DNA of 64,000 bases, taken from the NCBI GenBank assembly GCA_963715335.1, contig CAVQRZ010000009.1:32001-96000 (forward strand), written 5' to 3'. Below, piece after piece: positions 20,767-30,148 of the stretch. This DNA comes from an uncultured delta proteobacterium (GTDB lineage Bacteria; Desulfobacterota; Desulfuromonadia; Desulfuromonadales; BM103). The notes under the pieces are model-generated. The model worked only from the letters and a program-made list of their open reading frames with translations. It was not told the origin of the DNA and made no database searches. How positions within the stretch are numbered: the stretch's first letter is position 1; every line of letters begins with the position of its first letter. A program made the position numbers and the translations under genes.

Positions 20767-21591
20767 ATGTCTTTTCTAACCAGAGTTTGGCGTACCTTGA
20801 TACCCGTGATCCTGCTATCGTTTGCAGTGACACCAGCCATGGCCAATGAGCCCGGCACCCTGCAATGGTACGGTCAGGCCGCGTTTAAAATTACCACCCC
20901 GGGCGGCAAGATTATCGTCATCGATCCGTTCATCACCAAAAATCCGAAAACTCCTGCTGAACTCAAGGATCTCGCCAAGCTCGGCAAGGTCGACCTGATC
21001 CTGGTTACCCACGGTCACGGCGACCATCTTGGCGATACGGGAGAATTAGCCAAGTTGACCGGCGCCAAAGTCGGGGTGAATGCTGACATGGGAAGTACCA
21101 TGGATGTCCTGGGCATCGTGCCGGCGGAGCAGCTGATCCGCTTCAACAAGAGCGGTCCGATCAAGCCTCTCGAGGGCATTACCGTGACGATGGTGCATGC
21201 CGAACACAGCTCGAGCATCGTGCACAGCGATCCGGTGACCAAAGCCAAGAGTGTTCACAACGGCGGTGAGCCGGCTGGCTATATCATTGAACTCGAGAAC
21301 GGTTTCAAGCTCTACCATGCTGGTGATACGGGGATTTTCTCTGACATGCAACTGATCGGGTCCTACTACCAACCGAACCTGGCCCTGTTGCCGATTGGCG
21401 GCCATTTCACCATGGATCCGGCCCACGCCGCCTATGCGGCCAGGGACCTTCTCAAGAGCGGCCATGTCATCCCGATTCATTACGGCACCTTCCCGCCGTT
21501 GAAGGGCACTCCGGAAGAGTTGCAGGAGGCACTTAAAGGAAGTTCCGTCAAGGTGACTGTGATGCAGCCGGGCGATATATTGAAATTCTAA
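20767..21591 (+). CDS. Secreted metallo-beta-lactamase-fold metal-dependent hydrolase
   Basis: Signal peptide, THGHGDH, HAGDT, PIHYGTF. Confidence 0.9.
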   Translation: MSFLTRVWRTLIPVILLSFAVTPAMANEPGTLQWYGQAAFKITTPGGKIIVIDPFITKNPKTPAELKDLAKLGKVDLILVTHGHGDHLGDTGELAKLTGAKVGVNADMGSTMDVLGIVPAEQLIRFNKSGPIKPLEGITVTMVHAEHSSSIVHSDPVTKAKSVHNGGEPAGYIIELENGFKLYHAGDTGIFSDMQLIGSYYQPNLALLPIGGHFTMDPAHAAYAARDLLKSGHVIPIHYGTFPPLKGTPEELQEALKGSSVKVTVMQPGDILKF

Positions 21592-21623
21592 ACCAACCCG
21601 GTTGCTTCCGCGCCTGTAAGCAG

Positions 21624-21652
21624 AAAAGCCCGGCTGCATAGCCGGGCTTTTC
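21624..21652 (+). terminator. Intrinsic terminator, probably bidirectional
   Basis: GAAAAGCCCGGCT-GCAT-AGCCGGGCTTTTC between convergent genes. Confidence 0.8.
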
Positions 21653-21664
21653 ATTTGCTGTTAC

Positions 21665-21690
21665 GGGGACACTTGTTTTCAAGTGTCCCC
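21665..21690. repeat. REP hairpin copy (perfect)
   Basis: GGGGACACTTG-TTTT-CAAGTGTCCCC. Confidence 0.9.
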
Positions 21691-21698
21691 GCTTCGAT

Positions 21699-22520
21699 TC
21701 ATCGCCAGGTAATCGGTGGCGTTTTACGCTTGGGGATCCGGTGATAACGAAACTGCGGATAACCGAGCATCATCGCCCCACAGCATTGATGTCCTTCAGG
21801 CAGGTCCAGGGCCTGCTGCAGCGGTGGGAAAGTACTCGCAGCAGCATTAAAGTAACCCGCCCAACAGCCGCCAAGGTCCATGCCGGTTGCGGCCAGCTCC
21901 AGGTAGGTTAAAGCAATCGTGCAGCTGGTCAGGCTGACCTGATCATCTTTGGGTGCATGAGCAACCACCAGCACCGGAGCGCCACGCAGAACAACATCCT
22001 CGCCCTCTTCCAGCCTGCGCAGGGCATTATCAAGGTGGTAGGTCAAAGCGACCTCTTTCATGTTTTCCAGCATCCACCCCATCCACTGGCCAACCCCCCG
22101 GATCAGCTTGTTCAATTCATCACGATCGCTCAGCACCAGCCATGCCACCGTTTGCGTGTTATGTCCGGTCGGTGCAAAACGAGCCGTTTCAATCAGCTTT
22201 TGCACGGTTTCGCGAGGTACTGCTTGATCGCGGTAATTACGAATAGACCGGCGGCCCCGCAAGAACTGTTCACACTGCTCGGCAGATAACGACAGCTCCG
22301 GTTGCATGTCCGGGCACTCGGTTAATGGCATCTCGGCATGCAACAAGCTGCCGGTTTTGCAAACCGCAACGCAATGGCCACAGCGAATACAAAGTTTCTC
22401 CGCCGCATCAATCGGGGTCGGATATTCGCCCCTGGTGAAGGTGATTAGCTTGGCCGGACAAACCGCGCTACAGAAGCCATCTTTGTTGCAGGTTTGCTGG
22501 TCGATTTCGATAAAATTCAC
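21699..22520 (-). CDS. Nitroreductase with N-terminal 4Fe-4S ferredoxin domain
   Basis: CNKDGFCSAVCP and CIRCGHCVAVC; RRSIRNY, APTGHNTQ, GGCWAG. Confidence 0.9.
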   Translation of the reverse strand: MNFIEIDQQTCNKDGFCSAVCPAKLITFTRGEYPTPIDAAEKLCIRCGHCVAVCKTGSLLHAEMPLTECPDMQPELSLSAEQCEQFLRGRRSIRNYRDQAVPRETVQKLIETARFAPTGHNTQTVAWLVLSDRDELNKLIRGVGQWMGWMLENMKEVALTYHLDNALRRLEEGEDVVLRGAPVLVVAHAPKDDQVSLTSCTIALTYLELAATGMDLGGCWAGYFNAAASTFPPLQQALDLPEGHQCCGAMMLGYPQFRYHRIPKRKTPPITWR

Positions 22521-22600
22521 GGCTTTTCTCCTTAGGCGCTGATTGCCGCAATGACTGGCAGCATAGCTCTTGATAGCTCAGTGGAAAGCTTCTAAGAGGA

Positions 22601-22635
22601 ATTGTAGCAATGATGAATACGAAGGGCAAATGACT
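22601..22635 (-). promoter_or_regulatory. sigma70 promoter TTGCCC-N17-TACAAT (extended -10), identical to 36764-36798
   Basis: Reverse complement AGTCAT TTGCCC TTCGTATTCATCATTGC TACAAT; points into the nitroreductase gene. Confidence 0.7.
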
Positions 22636-22640
22636 TACAA

Positions 22641-22665
22641 GGGACACTTGATTTTAAGTGTCCCC
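22641..22665. repeat. REP hairpin copy
   Basis: GGGACACTTGATTTTAAGTGTCCCC. Confidence 0.85.
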
Positions 22666-22771
22666 GAATCCTGATCGTCTCACTGTACTCCCTTAAAAGA
22701 ATGTTATCAGAACATTAGAATTGCTATTATGACCCCAGAGTCACACCATCCGTCCTGTCCCGGAGATTGAT

Positions 22772-23173
22772 GTGAACCGCACGGCATTCGAACGACTGGT
22801 TGAAAAAACCCTGGCAACACTACCGACGGAGTACGCCGGCCGGCTGCACAACCTGGTCTTTTTGATCGAAGACTGGGCCGACCCCGCAACTCTTGCCGAG
22901 GTTGCTATCGACGATCCGGCCGAACTGCTCGGCTACTACAACGGCACGCCCTTGACCGAGCGGTCTCATGACCAAATCGATCCAGGACCCGATCGGATCA
23001 CTCTCTACCACGGAGCCATCGAACTGCAAGCCAGGTTGAGCGGGCTACCGATCCGCCAAGTGATCCGCGAAACTCTGTGGCACGAAATCGCCCATTACTT
23101 CGGCTTCAGCGAGGAAGAAATGGACCGTATCGAGGATTTCTGGGCGGATCAAAGTTTTCCGGAATCACGCTAG
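22772..23173 (+). CDS. Minimal zincin-like metallopeptidase family protein
   Basis: LLGYYNG, PDRITLY, HEIAHYFG. Confidence 0.85.
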   Translation: MNRTAFERLVEKTLATLPTEYAGRLHNLVFLIEDWADPATLAEVAIDDPAELLGYYNGTPLTERSHDQIDPGPDRITLYHGAIELQARLSGLPIRQVIRETLWHEIAHYFGFSEEEMDRIEDFWADQSFPESR

Positions 23174-23316
23174 AGTTGTTGCAACGCGGAGTTTGGGGAC
23201 ACGCAAAATAGAGTGTTTCCTCGCTGGAAAGGCTGGAGTCACACGGCCCGGAAAGAAAGAATGCACCATCCAACTGGACGGTGCACTCTTTCATCTCTCA
23301 GGTCGTATCGACGAGA

Positions 23317-23883
23317 TTACATAGGCATAGTGATACTGAATGCACCGAGTATCTCGCCGAGTGAGAAACCAACCGATTGATCTGCAGGGTACATTTCATT
23401 CAGTTTGGTTTTCAGATCGCTTGGTATTTGTTTGCCGTGGCAGGTCAGGCAGGGTTCGCCAACTGGAATGGCCTTCATGTAACGGAAGACTTGTTTCCCG
23501 TCAACAGTCAGAGCCTCATAATGTTCCATTTCTCCAACGGCCTCACCATTCCCCCTTCTCTCCTCAAATGACTGAAGGATTCCTTGCTCCCAATTGTCGG
23601 GGGCATTCTCAGGATTCCTATATTTGAGACTGGTCCTCGCGATTATCAGGTCTCTCCCTCGAGAGAGATTTTCTGCAATCCCAGGGGCTTTTTGGCTGCA
23701 GACGGATACGGCATTCAATGGGCCACCTTGTTTTAGGGAGGAAAGCAATTCGGCTTTGAGTTCGCCGCCAAATTGTTTGATAACCTGCCTGCTCTCGGTT
23801 AGGGGGTTATTCTCAACCGAAAATGCTTCTGTCACCATAAATGCCATTGTCAGAACAATCGCCAAGAGGCTGATTTTGTGCAT
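23317..23883 (-). CDS. DUF3365/Tll0287-like monoheme c-type cytochrome
   Basis: Signal peptide, RTSLKYRNPENAPD, CLTCHG, GAFS. Confidence 0.85.
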   Translation of the reverse strand: MHKISLLAIVLTMAFMVTEAFSVENNPLTESRQVIKQFGGELKAELLSSLKQGGPLNAVSVCSQKAPGIAENLSRGRDLIIARTSLKYRNPENAPDNWEQGILQSFEERRGNGEAVGEMEHYEALTVDGKQVFRYMKAIPVGEPCLTCHGKQIPSDLKTKLNEMYPADQSVGFSLGEILGAFSITMPM

Positions 23884-24003
23884 AGCTCCCAACCTTTCAT
23901 TAAAGTAGCGCCTTCAAATCTGAATCCTGATTGATATCGGTAAAAAGAGGGCCGAGTTCCTTGCCGGCGTCGCCCCCCTGACGACTGCTGCGACCATATT
24001 CGA

Positions 24004-25374
24004 CTAGTAACTGACGTTGGTTTGTGCGGCCGCCATTTCGACACTGACAACCGGCGGTAGACGCTGTCCGGTTCGATTGAAAACTTCATCCAGAGAATGC
24101 TGCGTCATGGAACGGTACATGAGCCGCGAGGTAACCTGGTATTCGCCATTGTCGGGCAGCGGGATGCGATAGATTTCACTGTCCTTGCCATTGGCGGGGA
24201 TGCGCCTATCGTAACCGATGCCGTGAGCCAGCCAGCTCTTGCCCGTCAAATGACCCTCGGCATCTTTAAAGAGAACGCGGAAGAAGACCGCGTCCGGGTC
24301 GACGTGGTTTTTGTCGTCGACATGGCCCGAGCTGTAGACTATCTTGCCAGCGCTATCGACCACTTCAACCTGCAGCCACATAATACGAATATAGGTGGTG
24401 CCAGTGGGAATCTTGTGCCCGGCACCAACGTTGTGAACATCGACTGTCAGTTCCAGGGTTCCGTCATCTGTGATGTTATTGGCAAGCTCGATCTCTGCGG
24501 CGGCGCGCAGGAATTCGCGCGACATTTCGGCTTGTTCCTGATTCCCCAGTTCATCCTGAACATAAGAACTGCCGCCAATAAATCCATGGAAGGGAAGGTT
24601 CTCACGCCTTTTGCCCATGAGTGCGGCACGGCCAGGTCTCTTGGTGACACCAGGTGTAGGGGTCATGTGACAATCCTGACAGCGAATGCCCTGTTTGCCA
24701 TATTCGTTGTTCTTCCAGTCATCCCAGGTGTCTATGATGTGGGTCCCGGTCGCGGGATGAATGACCATGTGACAGGAGCCACAGAAGTCTGCTTTGGTAT
24801 GAATCTCGGTAAATTTCACCTCATGATAGAGTGATCGGCCATCACCACGAGGACCTCGTTTTACCGGGCCCGGTTCCGAAATATGACCCATATTGAACAT
24901 CTGCCCGACCCCGGAAACGGTGTGGCAAAAATCGCAGGAGATTCCCCGACGCGATGTGGCATCAAACTGGCTACCATCGGCGGGAGGCAGTAAGCCGGTA
25001 CGTGCCGCAATAGGCGCATGACAGGCGCCACACAAAAGGTCTGTGGCACCGTCCGTTTGCTGATGCGCCAGGATATAGTCGGGTTGATACCACTTGTCCT
25101 CCCAAGCATTGGCATGCATGGACTTTGACCATTCATTATAGATGTCGCGATGACATGATGAGCAGACCTTGGGGTCCTCAAAAGAACCTGGCTCAAATAT
25201 CTGGGGCATAATGTTTTCCGCCACGGCGGAGGGATTTTCCTCAGAGGGCTTCGGTGTCTCGCCAACGGCAACAGCCACAACCGCGTCTTCCTGATCCGGA
25301 GCGGGTGGAACTGCACAGCCCATAAAAAAATTAAAGAGGCATATCGATATCACAAAAGCGATAAAACATTTCAT
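24004..25374 (-). CDS. Multiheme c-type cytochrome lipoprotein (5 CxxCH)
   Basis: CSSCH, CGACH, CDFCH, CGSCH, CQDCH; N-terminal Cys after a hydrophobic signal; GAGHKIPTG. Confidence 0.9.
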   Translation of the reverse strand: MKCFIAFVISICLFNFFMGCAVPPAPDQEDAVVAVAVGETPKPSEENPSAVAENIMPQIFEPGSFEDPKVCSSCHRDIYNEWSKSMHANAWEDKWYQPDYILAHQQTDGATDLLCGACHAPIAARTGLLPPADGSQFDATSRRGISCDFCHTVSGVGQMFNMGHISEPGPVKRGPRGDGRSLYHEVKFTEIHTKADFCGSCHMVIHPATGTHIIDTWDDWKNNEYGKQGIRCQDCHMTPTPGVTKRPGRAALMGKRRENLPFHGFIGGSSYVQDELGNQEQAEMSREFLRAAAEIELANNITDDGTLELTVDVHNVGAGHKIPTGTTYIRIMWLQVEVVDSAGKIVYSSGHVDDKNHVDPDAVFFRVLFKDAEGHLTGKSWLAHGIGYDRRIPANGKDSEIYRIPLPDNGEYQVTSRLMYRSMTQHSLDEVFNRTGQRLPPVVSVEMAAAQTNVSY

Positions 25375-25592
25375 CTGTTCTCCCTTGGGCTACTCTATTA
25401 GATTCAGCTAATATTGAAATATACAGGAGGCCAGTGGATTGTCAAGACAACGAGGGAAGCATTAAAAACGATGGGCGATCCACAAGCACAAGTTCTTTTT
25501 ACAAACCGAAAGAACTCCACCTAAGGCACGTAACCTGGAACCGGCAGTTCAGCCAAAACGGTTGTTAGAATATTATGCGAACGTTGGCCATT

Positions 25593-25656
25593 GGGGACAC
25601 TCAAAAGGGACACTTGTTTTCAAGTGTCCCCGGCTGCTTGAGTGTCCCCGGCTCCG
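25593..25656. repeat. Compound (nested) REP
   Basis: GGGGACACTCAAAA-GGGACACTTGTTTTCAAGTGTCCCC-GGCTGCTTGAGTGTCCCCGGCTCC. Confidence 0.9.
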
Positions 25657-25660
25657 GCCC

Positions 25661-26509
25661 CTATTCGGCTTTGACAATATGCACATCCCGTTGTGGGAAA
25701 GGGATACTGATTTGCGCTTCGATTAACGCTTTGTGGATCGCCAGGTTCACTCGGTAGAGCAGATTAAAGTACATTTTGGTCGGCACCCAGTAACGCAGGC
25801 CGATATTGATTGATGATTCCGCGAACTCTTCGATACCAATCTGCGGGGCCGGTTCCTGAGTAATCTCCTCAAAACCGGTCAAGACCTGTTGTAAAACTTC
25901 GATGGCTTGTTCCGGGTCATCCCGGTAAGAAATCCCCACGCTCGTCTCAATGACCCTGTTCTCAAATGAGTTCACCAGGATTTCGCCTACGATATGCTTG
26001 TTGGGGATGGTTATCTGTTCGCCATCCTCGGTGTCAAGCAGGGTCGCGGCCAGACGGATCTCATCCACTACACCTCTGACCCCCTGCACCGTGATGGTGT
26101 TGCCAACCACAAAGGGGCGAGTCAGAATCAGGGTCAGTCCGGCACCGTAGTTGGATAAAGGACCCGCGATGGCAAAGCTGCTACCAAAAGCCAGGGCACC
26201 TAGAGCGGCGATAAATGGCGCGATGGAAATACCAAACTTGCCAATGGCTATAATGATGACAAACATCATCACTATAAGTTTGACGCTGCTAGCGAGGAAT
26301 TTCGACAGCGTGATGTCGATATTGCGCTTTTCGCAGACCCGCAACACCAATCTCGACAGCCAGCCAGAAAGCTTGAGGCCGATAATCAGAATAATCAGCG
26401 CACCGACGATCTGGAAGCTGTACTGAATGCAGAACTCAACTACCACGTCGATGATCTTCTGCAGTATCTGGAGTTCTTCGCCGATCAACGCATTGGCTTC
26501 AGGATTCAT
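25661..26509 (-). CDS. mscS: Small-conductance mechanosensitive channel
   Basis: Three TMs, RPFVVGN, IPNK, IPFPQRDVH. Confidence 0.9.
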   Translation of the reverse strand: MNPEANALIGEELQILQKIIDVVVEFCIQYSFQIVGALIILIIGLKLSGWLSRLVLRVCEKRNIDITLSKFLASSVKLIVMMFVIIIAIGKFGISIAPFIAALGALAFGSSFAIAGPLSNYGAGLTLILTRPFVVGNTITVQGVRGVVDEIRLAATLLDTEDGEQITIPNKHIVGEILVNSFENRVIETSVGISYRDDPEQAIEVLQQVLTGFEEITQEPAPQIGIEEFAESSINIGLRYWVPTKMYFNLLYRVNLAIHKALIEAQISIPFPQRDVHIVKAE

Positions 26510-26570
26510 CTGAGTACCTCCCAGGTTCGTATGGAGTTAGACAAAGCGATCATTGATTAAGGGCTTTTGG

Positions 26571-26631
26571 TTTTGAGTGTCTCCGACTCCCAAGTGTCCC
26601 CGGCTCCTTAGGATAGGGATTGTGTCCCCCG
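26571..26631. repeat. Cluster of REP right half-sites
   Basis: TTTTGAGTGTCTCC, CAAGTGTCCCCGGCTCC, TGTGTCCCCC. Confidence 0.65.
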
Positions 26632-26650
26632 ATTTACACTTGCTGATTGG

Positions 26651-28351
26651 CTATAGCCTCCCCGAACGGATGATGGAGATGACCAGCCACAAGCCGAGAA
26701 AGGCGGCGATGCCGAAGACGATGAAACCGAGGGCCGAAAAGCCGTAGAGGCTCGGCCCCACCTTCAGGGCATGCATGATCGCAGAACAGAGGAGCATGGC
26801 GCTGATGATCATCGCCATGACGATGCGGTTGATCGAGCGGTCGAAATCCTTGATGATCGGATCCAGCCCCTTGATGGTGATCTTGGTGTTGATATCATCA
26901 CGCAGCACCTTGCTGATAATCCTCTTCAGCTGCTTTGGCAGTATGGCCATGAATTCTGCGCCTTCGTGGAGATGTTTGATTGATTTTTTGGCGATCCGCT
27001 CGGGATTGGACTTTTCGGTCGCTGCCCGGTCGAGGTACGGACGGGAGGCGGTCACAATGTCGAACTCAGGATCAAGCATGGTGCCCATCCCCTGAATCAG
27101 GAGCATCGCTTTGTGGATCAAAAGCAGGTCTGACGGAATCTTCATCTTGTGTTTTATGATGACCTTCAGGACCGCGCCCAGGTATTCAGCAAAGTTTACT
27201 TCACTCAGAGGCAGGCCTTGCATGGGCTCGATAAAATCGGCAATGTCCTCCTTGAAATCCCTCCGGTAGGCATCGATGTCGATATCCTCGGGGATGAAGC
27301 CCATCTCTATGTGCTGGTCGATCAGCAGATCGAAATCCCGGGTGATGAAGGCCAGAAAGATGTTCACCAGGATCGCCTTCAACTCGTCGTTCACCGTGCC
27401 GCACATGCCGAAATCCATGAAGCCGAGACAGCCGTTCGACATGACCATCAGATTGCCGGGGTGGGGATCGGCGTGGAAGAAACCGTCCTCCAGCACACTC
27501 TTGAAATAGGCATCGACACCAACCTGGGCAACTTTTTTCCGGTCCACCCCCATGGCGGTGATCCCCTCCAGGTCATCGACTCTCACCCCGCGGATCCGTT
27601 CCATGACCAGCACCCGCTCGGTGGTGTAATCATGGTAGAGCAGAGGGATGTGGATCCCTTCGAAATCCTGAAACAGACGGCGCAGGCGGATACAGTTGCG
27701 CCCCTCCTCACGGAAGTTCAACTCCCTGCGGATGGTCCTCTGGAACTCCACCACGATCCCCACCGGGTTGAGGAAACGGCTATCCGGGATGTGGGCTTCC
27801 ATGAGGCGGGCCACGGTGAAGAGGATCTCGATGTCGGTTTGGATGGTGGTGGCGATGTCCGGTCTCTGGACCTTGACGATCACTTCGCTGCCGTCGAGCA
27901 GGGTGGCCGCATGGACCTGGCCGATCGAGGCAGCGGCCAGCGGCACCGGGTCAAAGTCGCGGAAGATTTCGGCATGCGGCCGTTTGAGCTCTTCTTCGAC
28001 GATGCGCAGGGCGATTTGAGCGGAGAACGGCGGAACCTGATCCTGCAGCAGCTGGAACTCGTTGGCGAACCGGATAGGCACCAGGTCAGGCCGGGAACCG
28101 ATGACCTGGGCCAGCTTGATAAAGGTTGGGCCGAGTTCGGTAAATGCCGTCCGCAGACGCTGCGGGGCATAGGGCCCGCGCAGGATCGTCGGCCAACTGG
28201 TGAATGAACCGAGGCGTCTGAAGAAAGGGATGAACCTTCCCAGGTGAATCTGGTCGATGAAGTTGCCGAAACCGTGTCTGATGAAGACATTGACTATTTT
28301 GCGGAGACGGCGGGCAATCCGGTAATTTTTCGACAGGTACAAAAAGCTCAT
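26651..28351 (-). CDS. ABC1/UbiB family atypical kinase
   Basis: LGPTFIKLAQ, AAASIGQVH, VKVQRP, FFHADPHPGN, DFGM. Confidence 0.92.
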   Translation of the reverse strand: MSFLYLSKNYRIARRLRKIVNVFIRHGFGNFIDQIHLGRFIPFFRRLGSFTSWPTILRGPYAPQRLRTAFTELGPTFIKLAQVIGSRPDLVPIRFANEFQLLQDQVPPFSAQIALRIVEEELKRPHAEIFRDFDPVPLAAASIGQVHAATLLDGSEVIVKVQRPDIATTIQTDIEILFTVARLMEAHIPDSRFLNPVGIVVEFQRTIRRELNFREEGRNCIRLRRLFQDFEGIHIPLLYHDYTTERVLVMERIRGVRVDDLEGITAMGVDRKKVAQVGVDAYFKSVLEDGFFHADPHPGNLMVMSNGCLGFMDFGMCGTVNDELKAILVNIFLAFITRDFDLLIDQHIEMGFIPEDIDIDAYRRDFKEDIADFIEPMQGLPLSEVNFAEYLGAVLKVIIKHKMKIPSDLLLIHKAMLLIQGMGTMLDPEFDIVTASRPYLDRAATEKSNPERIAKKSIKHLHEGAEFMAILPKQLKRIISKVLRDDINTKITIKGLDPIIKDFDRSINRIVMAMIISAMLLCSAIMHALKVGPSLYGFSALGFIVFGIAAFLGLWLVISIIRSGRL

Positions 28352-28568
28352 CAGGTGATCCTTTGCATGGAGGCGGCTCGCTCTGGGCGCGGCTGCCGGA
28401 AAGTCTTCGAGGCAGGGTGCCGCCCTTGACTCAGGACATTTAACGGTTTGGTTTGTCCGATGTCAAGGTCTGAGCCCTTTTCCGGGCTATAATTGGCGAC
28501 GGCTGTTGCGATCTACCGGGAAAACACTAATATTGTACTTGTTTGCGACCACAAGGGAGGGCAACAGG

Positions 28569-29360
28569 ATGAGCCAGCAACGGCTTTACCACATCGGCTT
28601 CGGCCGCAAAGACCTCGGCGCGATGCCGCCGACCACCGCCCTGCTCTGCGGCGACCCGGAGCGGGCACGGCGCATCGCCATGCAGACCGACGGCGTCAAA
28701 TGCCTGGCGACGCTCTCGGAGAACCGCGGCCTGCACAGCTACCTGTGTGAAAACGCCGACGGTCGCAAGTTCGTCGCCAGCACCAGCGGCATGGGGGCGC
28801 CATCACTGTCGATCGTCGTCAACGAACTGGTCGCGGTCGGTATCCGCACCATCATCAGGGTCGGCACCAGCGGCGGCATCGGCCAAGAGGTCAAAGCCGG
28901 CGATCTGGTGATCTCCAGCGCCGCACTCTGCCGTCAGGGCGCTGCCCTTGATATCGCCCCGGCCGAGTTTCCTGCCGCCGCGGACCCCTATGTCACCGTG
29001 GCCTTGACCGGTGCGGCGAAAAAGCTCGGCATCGCTGCGCACCTCGGCGTTACGGCGAGCGTCGACACCTTCTACGAGGGACAGGAACGCAGCGACTCGG
29101 CCAACCCGCACCTGTTGCGCTGTCTGCACGGGATCAGTGAGGAGTACCGCCAGCTAAGGATTCTCAATTACGAGATGGAGGCCGGCACCCTGTTCAAAAT
29201 GGGCCTGGTTTATGGCTTTGCCGCAGGCTGTGTCTGTGCGGTGCTGGCTGAACGGTTGGTGGCGGAGTCTGTCGACCTGGCTGTCAAGCAGCAAGCCGAG
29301 CGAGATGCGGTACGGGTAGCACTGGGGGCTCTTCAGGATTTGGGGAACGGGGACACTTAA
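28569..29360 (+). CDS. udp: Uridine phosphorylase / nucleoside phosphorylase
   Basis: GDPERA, SGMGAPS, IRVGTSG, FYEGQER, NYEMEA; stop codon lies inside a REP. Confidence 0.85.
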   Translation: MSQQRLYHIGFGRKDLGAMPPTTALLCGDPERARRIAMQTDGVKCLATLSENRGLHSYLCENADGRKFVASTSGMGAPSLSIVVNELVAVGIRTIIRVGTSGGIGQEVKAGDLVISSAALCRQGAALDIAPAEFPAAADPYVTVALTGAAKKLGIAAHLGVTASVDTFYEGQERSDSANPHLLRCLHGISEEYRQLRILNYEMEAGTLFKMGLVYGFAAGCVCAVLAERLVAESVDLAVKQQAERDAVRVALGALQDLGNGDT

Positions 29361-29426
29361 AAGGGACACTTGTTTTCAAGTGTCCCCAGCTCAAAAGGGA
29401 CACTCAATTTTGAGTGTCCCCGGCTC
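29343..29426. repeat. Compound REP with two hairpins; first 45 bp identical to 30070-30114
   Basis: GGGAACGGGGACACTTAAAAGGGACACTTGTTTTCAAGTGTCCCC-AGCTCAAAA-GGGACACTCAATTTTGAGTGTCCCCGGCTC. Confidence 0.9.
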
Positions 29427-30071
29427 TGAGCTGGTGAAAAAGGGCGGTTTCCGGACAGAAACGAATTAGCTGATACCCGCTTCTTCCTGCAGCAGAGACA
29501 CCCAGGCGGCCAGGCGCTGCTCGGTAAGCTGGTCCTGATTTTCGACATCAAGGGGCAGACCGAGGAAATAATCCCCTTCAACCGCGGCGGAGGCAGAGTA
29601 ATCGTAGCCTTTATCCGGCCATTTGCCGATGATGGTCGCTCCGGCCGCCACCGCCAGATCATGCAGTGCCTTCATCCCGTCGACAAAGGCATCGGGGTAA
29701 CCGACCTGATCTCCGACCCCGTACAAAGCGACCTTTGCCCCCTCCAACTGTGCCTCGCGCAGGCAGTCATAGGCGTCGTTCCAGTCGTTTTGCAGGCGAT
29801 CCCCCTCATCATGCCAGCTTGAAGTGCCGAGAATCAGCAGGTCACAGCTTTCCAGATCCGCCCGGGTTGCGTTGGCAATGGGATAAAGGCGTGCGGTGGT
29901 GATTCGCTCCGCAAGACGTTGCGCGATTAAGGCGGTATTGCCAGTGCTGCCGCCGTAAAATATTCCGATTTTCATGATGACTCCTTTATCGACGAAGATA
30001 AAATCAATTTAAAACGTTAACCAGTTTGACATGTTAGCATATCAGCGCGGTCAGAGTGGAGTGGGATCAGG
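29413..30071. repeat. 659-bp direct repeat, copy A (copy B 34860-35518)
   Basis: Near-identical by eye; four substitutions seen. Confidence 0.9.
29466..29975 (-). CDS. fldA: Long-chain flavodoxin, copy A
   Basis: IGIFYGGSTGNT, GTSSW, GVGDQVGYPDAFVDG, GLPLD. Confidence 0.88.
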   Translation of the reverse strand: MKIGIFYGGSTGNTALIAQRLAERITTARLYPIANATRADLESCDLLILGTSSWHDEGDRLQNDWNDAYDCLREAQLEGAKVALYGVGDQVGYPDAFVDGMKALHDLAVAAGATIIGKWPDKGYDYSASAAVEGDYFLGLPLDVENQDQLTEQRLAAWVSLLQEEAGIS

Positions 30072-30125
30072 GAACGGGGACACTTAAAAGGGACACTTGT
30101 TTTCAAGTGTCCCCGGCTCCGGCTC
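30070..30125. repeat. Compound REP
   Basis: GGGAACGGGGACACTTAAAAGGGACACTTGTTTTCAAGTGTCCCCGGCTCCGGCTC. Confidence 0.9.
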
Positions 30126-30148
30126 TAGATGGGCTCCCATTTTTCGAA

